From the human T2T-CHM13v2.0 reference genome, Homo sapiens, in assembly GCF_009914755.1 (NCBI RefSeq), contig NC_060943.1: DNA of 64,000 nt; one strand, written 5' to 3'. Shown here piece after piece: positions 38,295-57,010 of the stretch. The translations under genes were made by a program, and so were the position numbers. Positions within the stretch are counted from its first letter, which is position 1. Each line of letters starts with the position of its first letter. Under the pieces are notes generated by a model. The model saw nothing but the letters and a program-made list of their open reading frames with translations, ran no database searches and had not been told where the DNA came from.

Positions 38295-38475
38295 GGGAAA
38301 GGAGTTATTTTTAGAGGGCGCTTTGCTGTCTCCTCTGCCGCAAAGGCCGAGACCCGAGGCGCTGGGTATGGGGGGGTTCGGGGGCAGGTGTTGGAGGGGG
38401 GTTCGCCACGTGTCCTGGTTAATTATAACCGGGCGTCTCGGGTGTCCTCGGGCCTCGCCTCCTTACAAGGGCAGC
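38295..38475 (-). promoter_or_regulatory. Upstream MCK muscle enhancer: MEF2 38305-38314, right E-box CACCTG 38385-38390, left E-box CACGTG 38407-38412, AT-rich 38417-38430, Trex/Six 38436-38447, CArG-like 38461-38470
   Basis: All six canonical control elements are present in the known order, about 740-910 nt upstream of the TSS. Confidence 0.92.
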
Positions 38476-39509
38476 CACGGGGCCCTGGGTGGCCGCTCCC
38501 ACCTCCCGGGGAAGGGGGCTGGGCAGCGACGCCGTTCAGAGCGCGGGCGCCAGACTCGCGCAGATCTGGGCAGAGCAAGCGCTCTCGGCGCCTCGGCTGT
38601 GAGCAAGGACTTCCAGGGCTGAGAGGGGGGTTCTGTGGAGGAGAGTACAGTATAGAGGAAGCCGCTTTCTCCTCCTGGGACGCGCCAGGATTGCAGGCTG
38701 ATCGGGTCTCCTCCTCCAGGGAGCTCCCAGGATTGCGACGAAGAAAAGAATGTCCCTTCCCTCTGAGTTCCTCCCTATCCCAGGGTCTCCTGGGTCTCCT
38801 TCACATCTTCTTAGGCAGGTGAGGACTGGCTTAGAGAAAGGGAGCCTCTGTGCCTCTCCCTCAGACTCCTGATCTGAGGGGGGAGGGGAGAGGGGTGCTT
38901 TAGAAATATTTACATGGGGCCCAGCCCTTTCCCAGCAAGCTCAGATTGCCGAGGGTCTCCTTCACGGTTACGGAAACTGAGGCCCAGAAAACCAAATGGA
39001 ACTGGTCTCGAAACAGGGATCTATCAGGCACTTCCTGAGGCTACAACAAAACACAAAACCCCCGCCGTCCTGGAGGTGATAGTGCAAGAGGGTCACAGAT
39101 GAGGGGACGGCACAGCAGCAGGGGAGGTCGAGGCAGGCCTCTTTGGGAAGATGACATCTGAGCAGAGACCTGAAGGAGAACAGGGAGCCAGCCATGTGCG
39201 GCTCTGGGGGGAACAGCAGGTGCAAAGGCGCTGAGGTGAGAATGGCTGGGCACATCTGAGGACAGACAGGAAGGAGGCCAGGGGACTGGAGCAGATGGGG
39301 CCAAGGAGAGAGTGGGAGGAAGAAGATGAGGTTGGAGGGGAGACAGGAGCAGACCCATGGTGCCCTAGGGGCTGTGGGAGGAGTTTTAATCCCATTGTGA
39401 TTGACAGTGAAAATGTTAGATGGGCCGGGCACAGTGGCTCAGGCCCGTAATCCCAGCACTTTGGGAGGCAGAGGCGGAGGCGGGTGGATCACTTGAGGCC
39501 AGGAGTTCA

Positions 39510-40960
<1,451 letters not shown>

Positions 40961-41027
40961 TATTAAATGGAAAAAATCATCATCATCATCCCACTGTGAG
41001 ACTGACAGGAGGCACTGAGGGTCATAA

Positions 41028-41378
<351 letters not shown>

Positions 41379-43795
41379 TGAGGCACCCTGCCGGGCCCAT
41401 TGCACATTCTTTTTAGCCACACAGTGCCAGAAGCCTTTTCTATGTTCGGGGATTCCCCACTGTAAGCCCTCCTCCTTTGGAGAAGCCAAAGATGCCAGAA
41501 ACTCAATTTCCCAGAATCCCTTGCAGCAATGGTCCAGGCCAGTGACCTGGGCTGAGCCAATCAAACGCTCCAGCAGGACCTTGTGCCGTGAGCTCCCTCT
41601 GCTTTGAGTCTTAAAGAAACAGTTGGCCTTGGGGAGCTTTACAACCCTCATCACGTATCTTCATCCCACCCCCCAGAGCCCGACTGTCAATCCGACCTCT
41701 GCCCCTCCACTGCCCACTCTAGCTCAAGACCGCCTCCACTGTCCCTCCTGACCCAACTTCCTCCCTGGACTCCTGTCCCAGTCTTTGCCATTCCCACCTA
41801 AACCCTACCTGCTGACCTCCCCTCCTCAGAGCTTGCCATGGCTCCCCAGTGCCCTCAAGGTAAATGAGTATTTGTTGACTAAATAAATAATAGTAACTGT
41901 ATCTGGCAGATGTAGGCGAGAGTAACCACTACCCAGCTTAAATAGAAAGGACTCTGCTATTGGCTGGGCGCAGTGGCTCACGCCTGTAATCCCAGCACTT
42001 TGAGAGGCCGAGGCGGGCGGATCACGAGGTTAGGAGATCGAGACTATCCTGGCTAACACGGTGAAACCCTGTCTCTACTACAAAAATATACAAAAAAAAA
42101 AAAATTAGCCGTGCGTGGTGGCAGGCGCATGTCGTCCCAGCTACTCCGGGGCCTGAGGCAGGAGAATGGTGTGAACCCGGGAGGCGGAGTTGCAGTGAGC
42201 CGAGATCGCACCACTGCACTTCAGCCTGGGCGACAGAGCGAGACTCCATCTCAAAAAAAAAAAAAAAAAAAAGGACTGTACTATCATGTATTAGGCACTG
42301 ACAAAATCGTTGGAAGGGCTGAAGGAACACTGCTCGGGCCCCAGAACTACTTTCCTACTTTCCCTCTGGAAAATCTAGTCTTTAGCTTTCCAGCCTCTTC
42401 ATTGACAGGAGAATGTGCTCGAAGGAGGTTAACATGGACATTAAACAGCCACTCCACAAAGAAGCTTTTGTTTGTTTGTTTGTTTGTTTAGACATGGGTT
42501 CTTGATGGGGTCTCGCTATGTTGCTCAGGCTGGAGCACAGTAGTTATTCACAGGCACAATCAGAGTGCACTGCAGCCTCCAATTCCAAGCCTCAAGCAAT
42601 CCTCCCGCTTCAGCCTCCCGAGTAGCTGGGACTACAGGCGCGCACCACCACTCCAGGCCCTGACAGTTAACTTTTATTGAATACACCTGTATGTCAAGTA
42701 CTGTGCTAAGTGCTTTACATATGTTGACTTATTTAACGTCCCCAACAATAAGGCTCAGAGAGGTTAAGTGACTTGCCCAAAGTCACACAGCTGGAAGGGG
42801 GCAGAACTGGGAATCAAACAGGTACAAGGCTGCCAAGAATGGATTCAGGCTTTGGTGGAAATAACTTCCAGGCTTCTCCCCGACGTCAGACTGTATTGTC
42901 AGCCTCTTTCTAGGTCATCAGGCTCTAGTGTACCCACTTCCCCAACCCATCTCCCATCACCCCAGCCATCTGACTTCAGGGTCCAAGGACTTTAATGGGT
43001 ATTCACTAGTTTAATTTTCCAACAGTCCTATGAAGTGAGTACTGCCAATTTTTTTTTAATTTACTTTTCTTCTGGGAGTCTAGAAGGTACTGCCGTTTTT
43101 ACAAATCAGGAAAGTAAGGCTGGCCCAGAGAGGTTGCAACACTTATCGAAAGTCACACAGCAGGGAAGTAGCAGAACAAGACTGGACTAGGCTGTCAGTC
43201 CTGGAGCTTGTCTTCCTAATCTCTTCCTGATCCCCACTTCTTCATGTCGAACCCCCTTTTCACAGAGGACGAACGCTGGGGCCGAAAAGGGCAAGGGAGT
43301 TACCTAAGGTCACAGCCAGTATAACTGGAATTACAGTCTACACTCTTCTCCCTCCATTCCCAAGGCAGCCCTGCCCTCAAACCCTGTCTTACTCTTAAGC
43401 ATCTCATCTGTCTCTGTCCCTACCCTCAGGAAGAGGCTGCCACCTCCAGGAGAGACTCTGGGAGGGCAGCACTCCACCCCCATGGCCCACCACCCTGTAA
43501 TGCCCTCCCCCATGCACTCCTCAAATCCCTTTCCCAAACCGGGCCATTTACGATGCCATTTGATTCATAGAAGACAAGTTGTAAATCAAGGCCAGACCCA
43601 GGGCTGGGGAGTTGAGACCCTGCCCATTCCTCCTTTCTCTTCCTGGAGAGCCAGGCCAGCCTGCAGCCCCATAATCAGCTGACCAGGGTCTGGTCCATAG
43701 GGTAGTGGGTGGTGAATAAAATAACGTCTTTCATGGCTCCCAACTTGTCCTGCCCCAGTCTCTCCAAATCAATCAATCTTTTTTTTTTTCTTTGA

Positions 43796-43939
<144 letters not shown>

Positions 43940-44530
43940 TAATTTTTGTATTTTTAGTAGAGACAGGGTTTCACCATGTTGGCCAGGCTGGTTTCCAACT
44001 CCTGACCTCAAATGATCTGCCCTCCTTGGCATCCCAAAGTGCTAGGATTACAGGCAGGAGCCACTGCGCCTGGCCTAATTTTTGTATTTTTAATAGAGAT
44101 GGGGTTTCACCATGTTGGCCAGGCTAGTCTTCAACTCCTGACCTCAAGTGATCCGCCCGTCTCAGCCTCCCAAAGTGCTGGGATTACAGGCATGAGCCAC
44201 TGCACCCAGCCCCAGATCAATCAATTTTATCAAATTAGCTATACATTTCCCTCTAGGTGCTGCTTTAGGTTTATCCCAGGTTGTTTTTTGTTTTGTTTTG
44301 TTTTTTTCTTGATGTTGTTTGTTTGTTTAGAGACAGGATCTCACTGTCTCCCAGGCTGGAATGCAGTGGTATGATCTTGGCTCATTGCAGCCTCCATCTC
44401 CTGAGCTCAGCGATCCTCCCACCTCAGCCTCCTCAGTAGCTGGGATCACAGATGTGTGCCACCATGCCCAGCTAATTTTTGTATCTTTTGTAAAGACACA
44501 GTCTTGCTATGTTGCCCAGCCTGGTCTTGA

Positions 44531-44797
<267 letters not shown>

Positions 44798-45265
44798 TAG
44801 AGACAGCGTTTCACTGTGTTAGCCTGGATGGTCTTGATCTCCTGACCTCGTGATCCACCTGCCTCAGCCTCGCAAAGTGCTTGGATTACAGGCGTGAGCC
44901 ACCGGCCCGGCCCATACCTGGCCTGTTTTTATATTCTATTATCATTTCAAATGTATTTTTATTGGAACTGTTATATTTGGAGTGTATGGATGTTCACACT
45001 TATTCATATTTTATTTTCTCAAATTTACTCTTTTTTTTTTTTTTTTTTTTTTTGAGATCGAGTTTCGCTCTTGTTGCCCAGGCTGGAGTGCAATGGCGGA
45101 TCTCGGCTCACCGCAACCTCTGCCTCCCAGGTTCAAGCGATTCTCCTGCCTCAGCCTCCCGAGTAGCTGGGATTATAGGCATGTGCCACCATGCCTGGCT
45201 AATTTTTGTATTATTAGTAGAGACAGGATTTCACCACGTTGGCCAGGCTGGTCTCAAACTCCTGA

Positions 45266-45665
<400 letters not shown>

Positions 45666-45952
45666 TGACCTCGTGATCTGCCCACCCAGGCCTCCCAAAG
45701 TGCTGGGATTACAGGTGTGAGCCACCATGCCCGGCCTATTGAGGCATAATTTCTATTTGGTGAAGTGCCCTAATCTTAAAATCAATGAACTTTTATATTC
45801 GTGTACATGTGAATAAGCATCACCAGGATCTAAACAGAGACTACTACCAGCTCCCAAAGAAACTCTCTCATGTCCCCTCCCAGTGAATGTCTCTCTCTCC
45901 TCCAAGAAAATGTTCTCGCTGAGCGCAGTGGGAGGCCTAGGTGGGTGGATCA

Positions 45953-46214
<262 letters not shown>

Positions 46215-46599
46215 TCAAGCGATTCTCCTGCCTCAGCCGCCTGAGTAGCTGGGATTACAGACACGTGCCACCACGCCTGGCTAATTTTTGTATTTTTAGT
46301 AGAGACGGGGTTTCACCATGTTGGTCAGGCTGGTCTTGAACTGCTGACCTTGTGATCTGCCCACCTCAGCCTGAAAAGTGCTGGGATTATAGGCAGGAGT
46401 GACCGCGCCCGGCCCATTTGTCTAATTTCTTTTGCTCAACTTTTTTTCTCTTCGGATTCCTTTTTTTCTTTCTTTTTTTCTTTTTGTACAGATGGGGTGG
46501 GTCTTGCTATGTTGCCCAGGCTGGTCTTGAACTCTCAGCCTCAAGTGAGCCTGCAGCCTCCAATTCCAGGGCTCCAGGCTTAGCCTCCCAAAGCGCTGG

Positions 46600-47564
<965 letters not shown>

Positions 47565-47688
47565 TAGCCAGGATGGTCTCCATCCCCTGACCTCGTGATC
47601 CGCCCGCCTCAGCTTCCCAAAGTGCTGGGATTACAGGCGTGAGCCACCGCGCCCGGCCTAATAACTTTTTTTTGTTTTCTTTTTTTGA

Positions 47689-47823
<135 letters not shown>

Positions 47824-47835
47824 TAATTTTTTTTT

Positions 47836-48381
47836 CTTGAAATTTTAAAATCTCTCAAAAACTTATACAGGTGAATTTTGATCGTCATGATGGGCTTATT
47901 GGTAGGATTTTTGGTAACAAGCACGGGCACCAGGACCTCCAAACTTTTTGGACTCAGAGCGACGGGGATCAGCTACCAGCAGGGTCTGGTCATACTGGAT
48001 GAGGATGTCTTTGATCTCCTTGGAAGACTCATCCGCATATTTCTGGTACTAGGCCACCAGGGCTCTGGAGATGGACTGACAGCATAAATCTAGGCCCCTT
48101 CACATGGACATGGATGTCCACACCAGCAAATCGCTCCTTGCCGGGACCGAGAAAGAGAACTGGCTCCAGCAGCTTGTATCGTAGTGTGCGCAGCTTGATC
48201 ATCTCCAGGAGCCGCCCATTCACCTTGATGAGGCCATCGCCGTGTTTGCAGTGCACCACAGCTGTGGCTGTTTTCTTGCCACCGAAGACCTGCACAGATT
48301 GCAGCTGGCCCTCGGACCGCATGGCTGCGAGCGTGAACTAGAGACCCTCACCACGTGGTGCTGCAATCAGAAAAAAAAAAA
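47836..48381 (-). pseudogene. RPS16P9: Processed pseudogene of ribosomal protein S16 (uS9); the P9 suffix is from recall
   Basis: Intronless; ATG at 48322-48320 ([26 protein letters not shown]...); frameshifting deletion after VHVKG; internal TAG; ends ...KSYQ-TAA (47898-47896); 5' and 3' UTR remnants, poly(A) and flanking AGCTAATTTTT repeat. Confidence 0.92.
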
Positions 48382-48410
48382 AGCTAATTTTTTTTTTTTT
48401 TTTTTTTTGA

Positions 48411-48515
<105 letters not shown>

Positions 48516-48518
48516 TGA

Positions 48519-49208
<690 letters not shown>

Positions 49209-49556
49209 TGATGCTGAGATGCAAAAAGAAATGTTCAAGGTCTCTTGAGGCCTAAGCTCAGAACTGACACGACTGTCACTTGTGCCCCTCTGCTATTGGC
49301 CAAAGCAAGTCACATGGCCACACCAAAAGTTCAAGGCCCATCATTTTGTCGTCCTCCACAGGTAAGGATTATATCAGGTGTGCTTTTCTTAAATGGGTCC
49401 ACACACTCGTACATCCACACACGATCATATTCATGGAATATCTCTGGAAGTATATTGGAAACGGTCATCAGGTTTGCTTGCGGGAAGGGTGTCCGGGGAT
49501 CAGGGAGAGAGAACGCTTACTTTCACTCTGTAGTCTTTTATTCTCTGTGTCTATGA

Positions 49557-50035
<479 letters not shown>

Positions 50036-50643
50036 TGAGCCACTGCGCCCGGCCTTTGTGTGCATTTTTAGTAGAGACGGGGTTTCACCATGTTGGCCGG
50101 GCTGGTCTCAAACTCCTGACCTCAAGTGATCCACCTGCCTTGGCCTCCCAAAGTGCTGGGATGACAGGCGTGAGCCACCACTCCTGGCCATTATTTTTTA
50201 AATTAAAAAATTATGGCCAGAAGGTGAAAATAGAAAAGCTCCCATCCTATGTACCCATTTTCCTGACGTGGCAAACTAAGGCCTTAAGGGATAGGGTGGA
50301 GTATTTGTTGGATATGCAAGCAATTTCTCCTCTCTGAGCCTCAGTTTCCTTTTTTATTTATTTTTTGAGACAGGCTGTCACTCTGTCACCCAGGCTGGAG
50401 TGCAGTGGTATGATAATAGCTCACTGCAGGCTCAGACTCCTGGGCTCAAGCAATCCCCCTGCTTCAGCCTCCTGAGTTGCTGAGACCACGTGTGACACAT
50501 CACACATGGCTAATTTTTTTTTTAATTTTTTTTGGCAGGTGGGTGACGCCTGTAATTCCAGCACTTTGGGAGGCCAAGGCAGGCAGATCATTTAAGGTCA
50601 GGAGTTGGAGACCAGCCTAACCAACATGGTGAAACCCTGTCTA

Positions 50644-50988
<345 letters not shown>

Positions 50989-51596
50989 CTACTCAGGTGG
51001 CTGAGGCAGGAGAATTGCTTTAGCCCAGGGCACGGAGGTTACAGTGAGCCAAGATCACGCCACTGCACTCCAGCCTGGGCGACAGAGTAAGACTCTATCT
51101 CAAAAAAAATAAATAAATAAATTTTTTTTTGTAGAGATAGGTTCATCCTATGTTCCCCAAGTTGGTCTCAAACTCCTAGGCTCCAGCAATCCTCCTGAAG
51201 CCCTGGGATTACAGGTATGAGTCACCACATCCGGCCAGTTTCCTCATTTTTAGGTGGGGCTGGTAATAGTGCCTACCTTGGGGGGTCAGCTACAAAGATT
51301 CTGGGGCTCTGCTACTCCTTGGCTGTGTGACCTAAGACAAGTTACTCAGCCTCTCTGTGCCTCATCTTTTTCACCTGTGGAATGGAGCGAATCATCGCAG
51401 CTGGTGTGAAGATTAACAATTTGTATATAGGAGTTGGCACAGGGCCAGTCTGGGGTAAGAACTCAAACATCAGCCATTGTTGGCGTTGTGCAAAAGTACT
51501 TGGAACACCGCTGGCCTAAAGGAAGGTTTTCCTGGCCAGGTGTGGTGGCTCACGCCTGTAATCCCAGCACTTTGGGAGGCCGAGGCAGGCAGATCA

Positions 51597-51866
<270 letters not shown>

Positions 51867-52621
51867 TTAACACTTTCTTCTTCTTTCAATCTTTATCTCA
51901 TTTAAGTCTCACCTCAATGCTGTGTGATGAGTGTGATCATCCCCATTTTACTAGACGAGGAGACAGAGGCTCAGCCAGAGATCATTGTTCCCCCGGTTTA
52001 CATGGAACAGAAATGGCAGGGCCAGGATTTAAACCTAGATCTGCCTGGCTCCCCGCCCGGCTCCATCCCCTGCCCTCCCCCAACACACATAGTATTTACC
52101 GGGTGCTACCCTGTTCTAAGCCTTTTCTGGGGGATTATACAGTAATCCTCACCACAGCCTTAAAGTAGGGTACCCTGTGAGTCTCGTTTGACAGACTAGA
52201 AATCTGAGGTCCAGAGAGGTTACTTCTTGGCTCAGAGGGTCACACAGCTAGCAAATGACCCAGCTGAGATTTGTCCCTGCTGGCCTGGCTCCAGTCCCTG
52301 CACTGCCTGTGGTAAGCGTGTAGCAGATCCAGATCCAATGTCCAGCGTCGTGAGGCCAAAAAAATGGGGGGCAGGGGGAAGGCTCTGCTGCCCCTCGATC
52401 CTGTGCTGTTGAAATAGCTGGAGCTAGCACTTTGGAAGGCCGAGGCGGGTAGATCACCTGAGGTCAGGAGTTCGAGACCAGCCTGGCCAACATGGCGAAA
52501 CCCTGTCTATACTAAAAATATAAAAATTACCTGGGCGTGATGGTGCACACCTGTAATCCCAGCTACTCTGGAGGCTGAGGCAGGAGAATCATTTGAACCC
52601 GGGAGATGGAGGTTTCAGTGA

Positions 52622-52795
<174 letters not shown>

Positions 52796-52946
52796 TGACA
52801 AGCTGGAATTACAGGCCCATGCCACCAAGCCCGGCTAATTTTTGTAATTTTAGTAGAGACACGGTTTCATCATATTGGTCAGGCTGGTCTCGCCCTCCTG
52901 ATCTCAGGTGATCCGCCCTCCTGATCTCAGGTGATCCGCCCTCCTA

Positions 52947-53156
<210 letters not shown>

Positions 53157-53279
53157 TTACAAAAAACAACAAAAAGTAGCTGGGTATGGTGGTGCATTTG
53201 TAGTCCCAGCTACCTGGGACTTGGGAGGCTGAGGAGGGAGCATTGCTTAAACCCGGGAAATCAAGGCTGCAGTGAGTTA

Positions 53280-53474
<195 letters not shown>

Positions 53475-54023
53475 TTAGCAAGGCATGATGGTGGGTGCCT
53501 GTAATCCCAGCTGCTTGGGAGGCTGGGGCGGGAGAATCGCTTGAACCTGGGAAGCGGAGGTTACACAATGAGCCAAGATCGTGCCACTGCACTCCAGCCT
53601 GGGCAACAGAGCAAGACTGTCTTAAAAAAAAAAAAATGCTGGAGTAGTTAGGATATGAGTTTGAATTTTTATTTCCATGATTCAATCAGCACCTATTCTC
53701 CCAAATGCCTTCTCTGCGTTGGGCCTGTGCTAGGTGGCACTGGGGACACAGTGGAGACTGACATGGCCCCTGGCCGCCTCCTCCCTTCTTGGGGCTCATA
53801 GTCTAATATGGGACTGACCTGTCTCCCCACACTGATGACCCAGAGTTGGCAGGGCTGGATGTGGGAGCCCAAGAGCCTGGAAACCTGGGAAATAAGAAAG
53901 GGCTTCCTGGAGGAGGAAGCATCAGCACTGGGGCTCAGACAACAGGGAAGTAGAGGGCACGTTGGCTGCAATTCGGAGGGAGCGCGGAGCTGTGCCGAGT
54001 CTGGAGTTTGGTCCACGGACCAG

Positions 54024-54039
54024 CAGCGCCCTCTGCTGG
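54024..54039 (-). promoter_or_regulatory. CTCF core motif CCAGCAGAGGGCGCTG
   Basis: Near-consensus match within a small CpG-retaining patch (about 53960-54080). Confidence 0.65.
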
Positions 54040-54116
54040 AAGCATTTCATAGTGTAGTGACCGGGGTACCGCGCGCATTGAGCCATGTATGTATGTATGC
54101 ATTTATTTATTTTTGA

Positions 54117-54406
<290 letters not shown>

Positions 54407-54931
54407 TAGAATCGTGTCCTCCCAGCTTTGGCCAGCTTACTATTCTAGGACTTGATTCCTTCATTCAGTCACAATTTATTGAGCACCGACTTTGCATCAA
54501 GCTCTTGCTGAAGATAACAGTGCTGACAATATACAGCCCTGCCCTCAGAGCTTATATAGTAGAGGAGAAAAAGTGAACCCATAATATACAGTCAGTAGCG
54601 AGTATTTACTAAGTACTTTCTATTTGCGAGGCCCTGATAAAAGTACTGTCCTGGCCAGGCGCGGTGGCTCACGCCTGTAATTCCAGCACTTTGGGAGGTC
54701 GAGGTGGGCAGATCACCTAAGGTCAGGAGTTCGAGATCAGCCTGGCTAACATGGGGAAACCCCGTCTCTACTAAAAATGGAAAAATTAGCTGGGCATGGT
54801 GGCGGGCGCCTGTAATCCCAGCTACTCGGGAGGCTGAGACAGGAGAATGACTTGAACCCAGGAGTTGCAGTGAGCCAAGATAAGATAGCGCCATTGTACT
54901 CCAGCCTGGGTAACACAGCGAGACTGTGTCT

Positions 54932-54975
<44 letters not shown>

Positions 54976-55140
54976 CTGTCCCTGTATTAGTTAACATTCA
55001 ATTCTCAAAGCCTTAGACTATTTATATTTTATTGACTAGGGAAACTGAGGCACAGAGAGGTTAAGTTACTTGCCCAAGGCCTGCACAGCAAGTAAGTGCC
55101 GGAATCAAATTTGAACCCTGAGCCCAATTCTTAGATATCA

Positions 55141-55515
<375 letters not shown>

Positions 55516-55779
55516 TTAGGCCCTGAAAAGTTTTGTGAACAAAATCAAGAGGAGTATGTAAAGTTTTGGTGGAAGGGTGCCATTTAGAAGGGGGCAATCA
55601 GGGAAGGCCTGCCGGAGGAGGTGGCCTTTGAGAAGAGACCTAAAGACGATGAGATCTGTGGGAAGAGAGATCGAAGCAGGCCACACAACCAAGGAAAAGG
55701 CTCTGGGGCAGGCACTGCAAGAAAGCCACCTGTCTGGGATCTAAAGTTTCCAAAGTTTTAGCTTGGCCAAGGCCCCTGC

Positions 55780-56380
55780 GCTACAATCACCCTGATTCGA
55801 GGTGTCCTGGAGGTTACCAGTTCCGCGTGCGAAGTTCTGCCATTCCCGCGGGGCTGGAGCCCCGAGGCTGAACTTCCCACGGGCGGTGGGCGTGGCCGGC
55901 TCACCTGCGGGGGCGTGGCTCCCGGCCGCCCCGCCCCTCGGAGGAGCCGCCCGAGGTCCCAGACGCCCGGCGCAGCGGGAGCGGCGGGGCGTGCCTGGCC
56001 TGCGGGACGCGACTGATCGCAGTGGGGCGAAGCGGGGCCGGAGCCGCCCGCGGTCAGGTGGGTGCCGGGAGTGGGGCGCGGGACTCTCGGAGAGCCGCGA
56101 TGATGGGGGGCGGGGGCAACCCTGGGCCCGCTCGCCCTGAGACGGGGAAGGGCCTTGGGGCTCCCGGATGCCCCCTGCCCCGTCCTGGGGCTCTCCGGGA
56201 TCTGGAGGCCTGGCTGGGGTCCCATGCCCCCCACCCCAGCGCAGGTAAACAGCGAGGACGGGGCGGGGCCTGGGAGGGAGAGGGAGGGGGCCCTTGTGAC
56301 TGCGGGTGAGCCTGGTGCGCGGGGCTGGGCAGGCCAGGGTAAGTTGGTGCGGCTTGCGGGGCTGGGCCACGATGGGAGTC
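55780..56380. promoter_or_regulatory. CpG island and GC-box promoter of KLC3
   Basis: Dense CpG; several GGGCGG/CCGCCC boxes; no TATA box. Confidence 0.85.
55961..56057 (+). other. KLC3: KLC3 non-coding exon 1 (5' end approximate)
   Basis: CAG|gtgggt donor at 56057/56058 downstream of GC boxes; no ATG in the exon. Confidence 0.65.
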
Positions 56381-56389
56381 TCCTGCCTG

Positions 56390-56391
<2 letters not shown>

Positions 56392-56424
<33 letters not shown>

Positions 56425-56763
56425 CTTTGCGTGTGTGTAAGAGAGTGTGTCAGGCTGTGGGTATGAGGGTGAAAGCGACTGTCCGTGTAACCCTGTGATG
56501 GGACTGTGTGTATGATGTGACACTTTTAGCAATGTGAAAACGTGGGCGACCTCTGACTGGAATGGTGTGTGTGTAGAATTGGATTGCTGGTAGCACTTTA
56601 TGACCAAGAGCTAGTGCGACTGTAGTCGACTTTCTGCTTGGCCTGATGTGCATGTGTGTGGCTGTGTGTGTGGCTGTCTTCATGGCAGAGAGTGGAACTG
56701 GTTGTAGGATTAGGTGTGATTGACCAAGAGGCTGTGCGGCTGTGGTTGTCTTTCTGCCTGTTG

Positions 56764-56794
<31 letters not shown>

Positions 56795-56978
56795 CGCGTG
56801 TGGTGGACAGTGTGGCACTGGATCAGTGATAGGTGACTATGATTGACTTTTGATTGTGTGTCACTGTGATGGTGCATGGGGCTGGGCGGAACTGTGTCCA
56901 GAAGTGGAGCTGTTTCATGGGACGGTGCGCGTGGAACCTTGGGGTTGGATGAGTGAGGTGTGGAGGTGTGTGAAGCCG

Positions 56979-57009
<31 letters not shown>

Positions 57010-57010
57010 A
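56392..57010. repeat. (TG)n microsatellites, including (TG)11(CG)6 at 56765-56798, in KLC3 intron 1
   Basis: Direct reading. Confidence 0.9.

Noticed and set aside
38265-38822. 185-aa ORF over the CKM enhancer
   Set aside because: Non-ATG start in GC-rich regulatory DNA; the sequence is explained by transcription factor sites
48029-48322. 97-aa RPS16-like ORF as a functional gene
   Set aside because: Frameshift, internal stop in the parental frame, many substitutions and retrocopy hallmarks
55741-56607. 288-aa minus-strand ORF and overlapping ORFs at the KLC3 promoter
   Set aside because: Stop-poor GC-rich CpG island plus (CA)n; Pro/Arg/Gly low complexity with no recognisable domain
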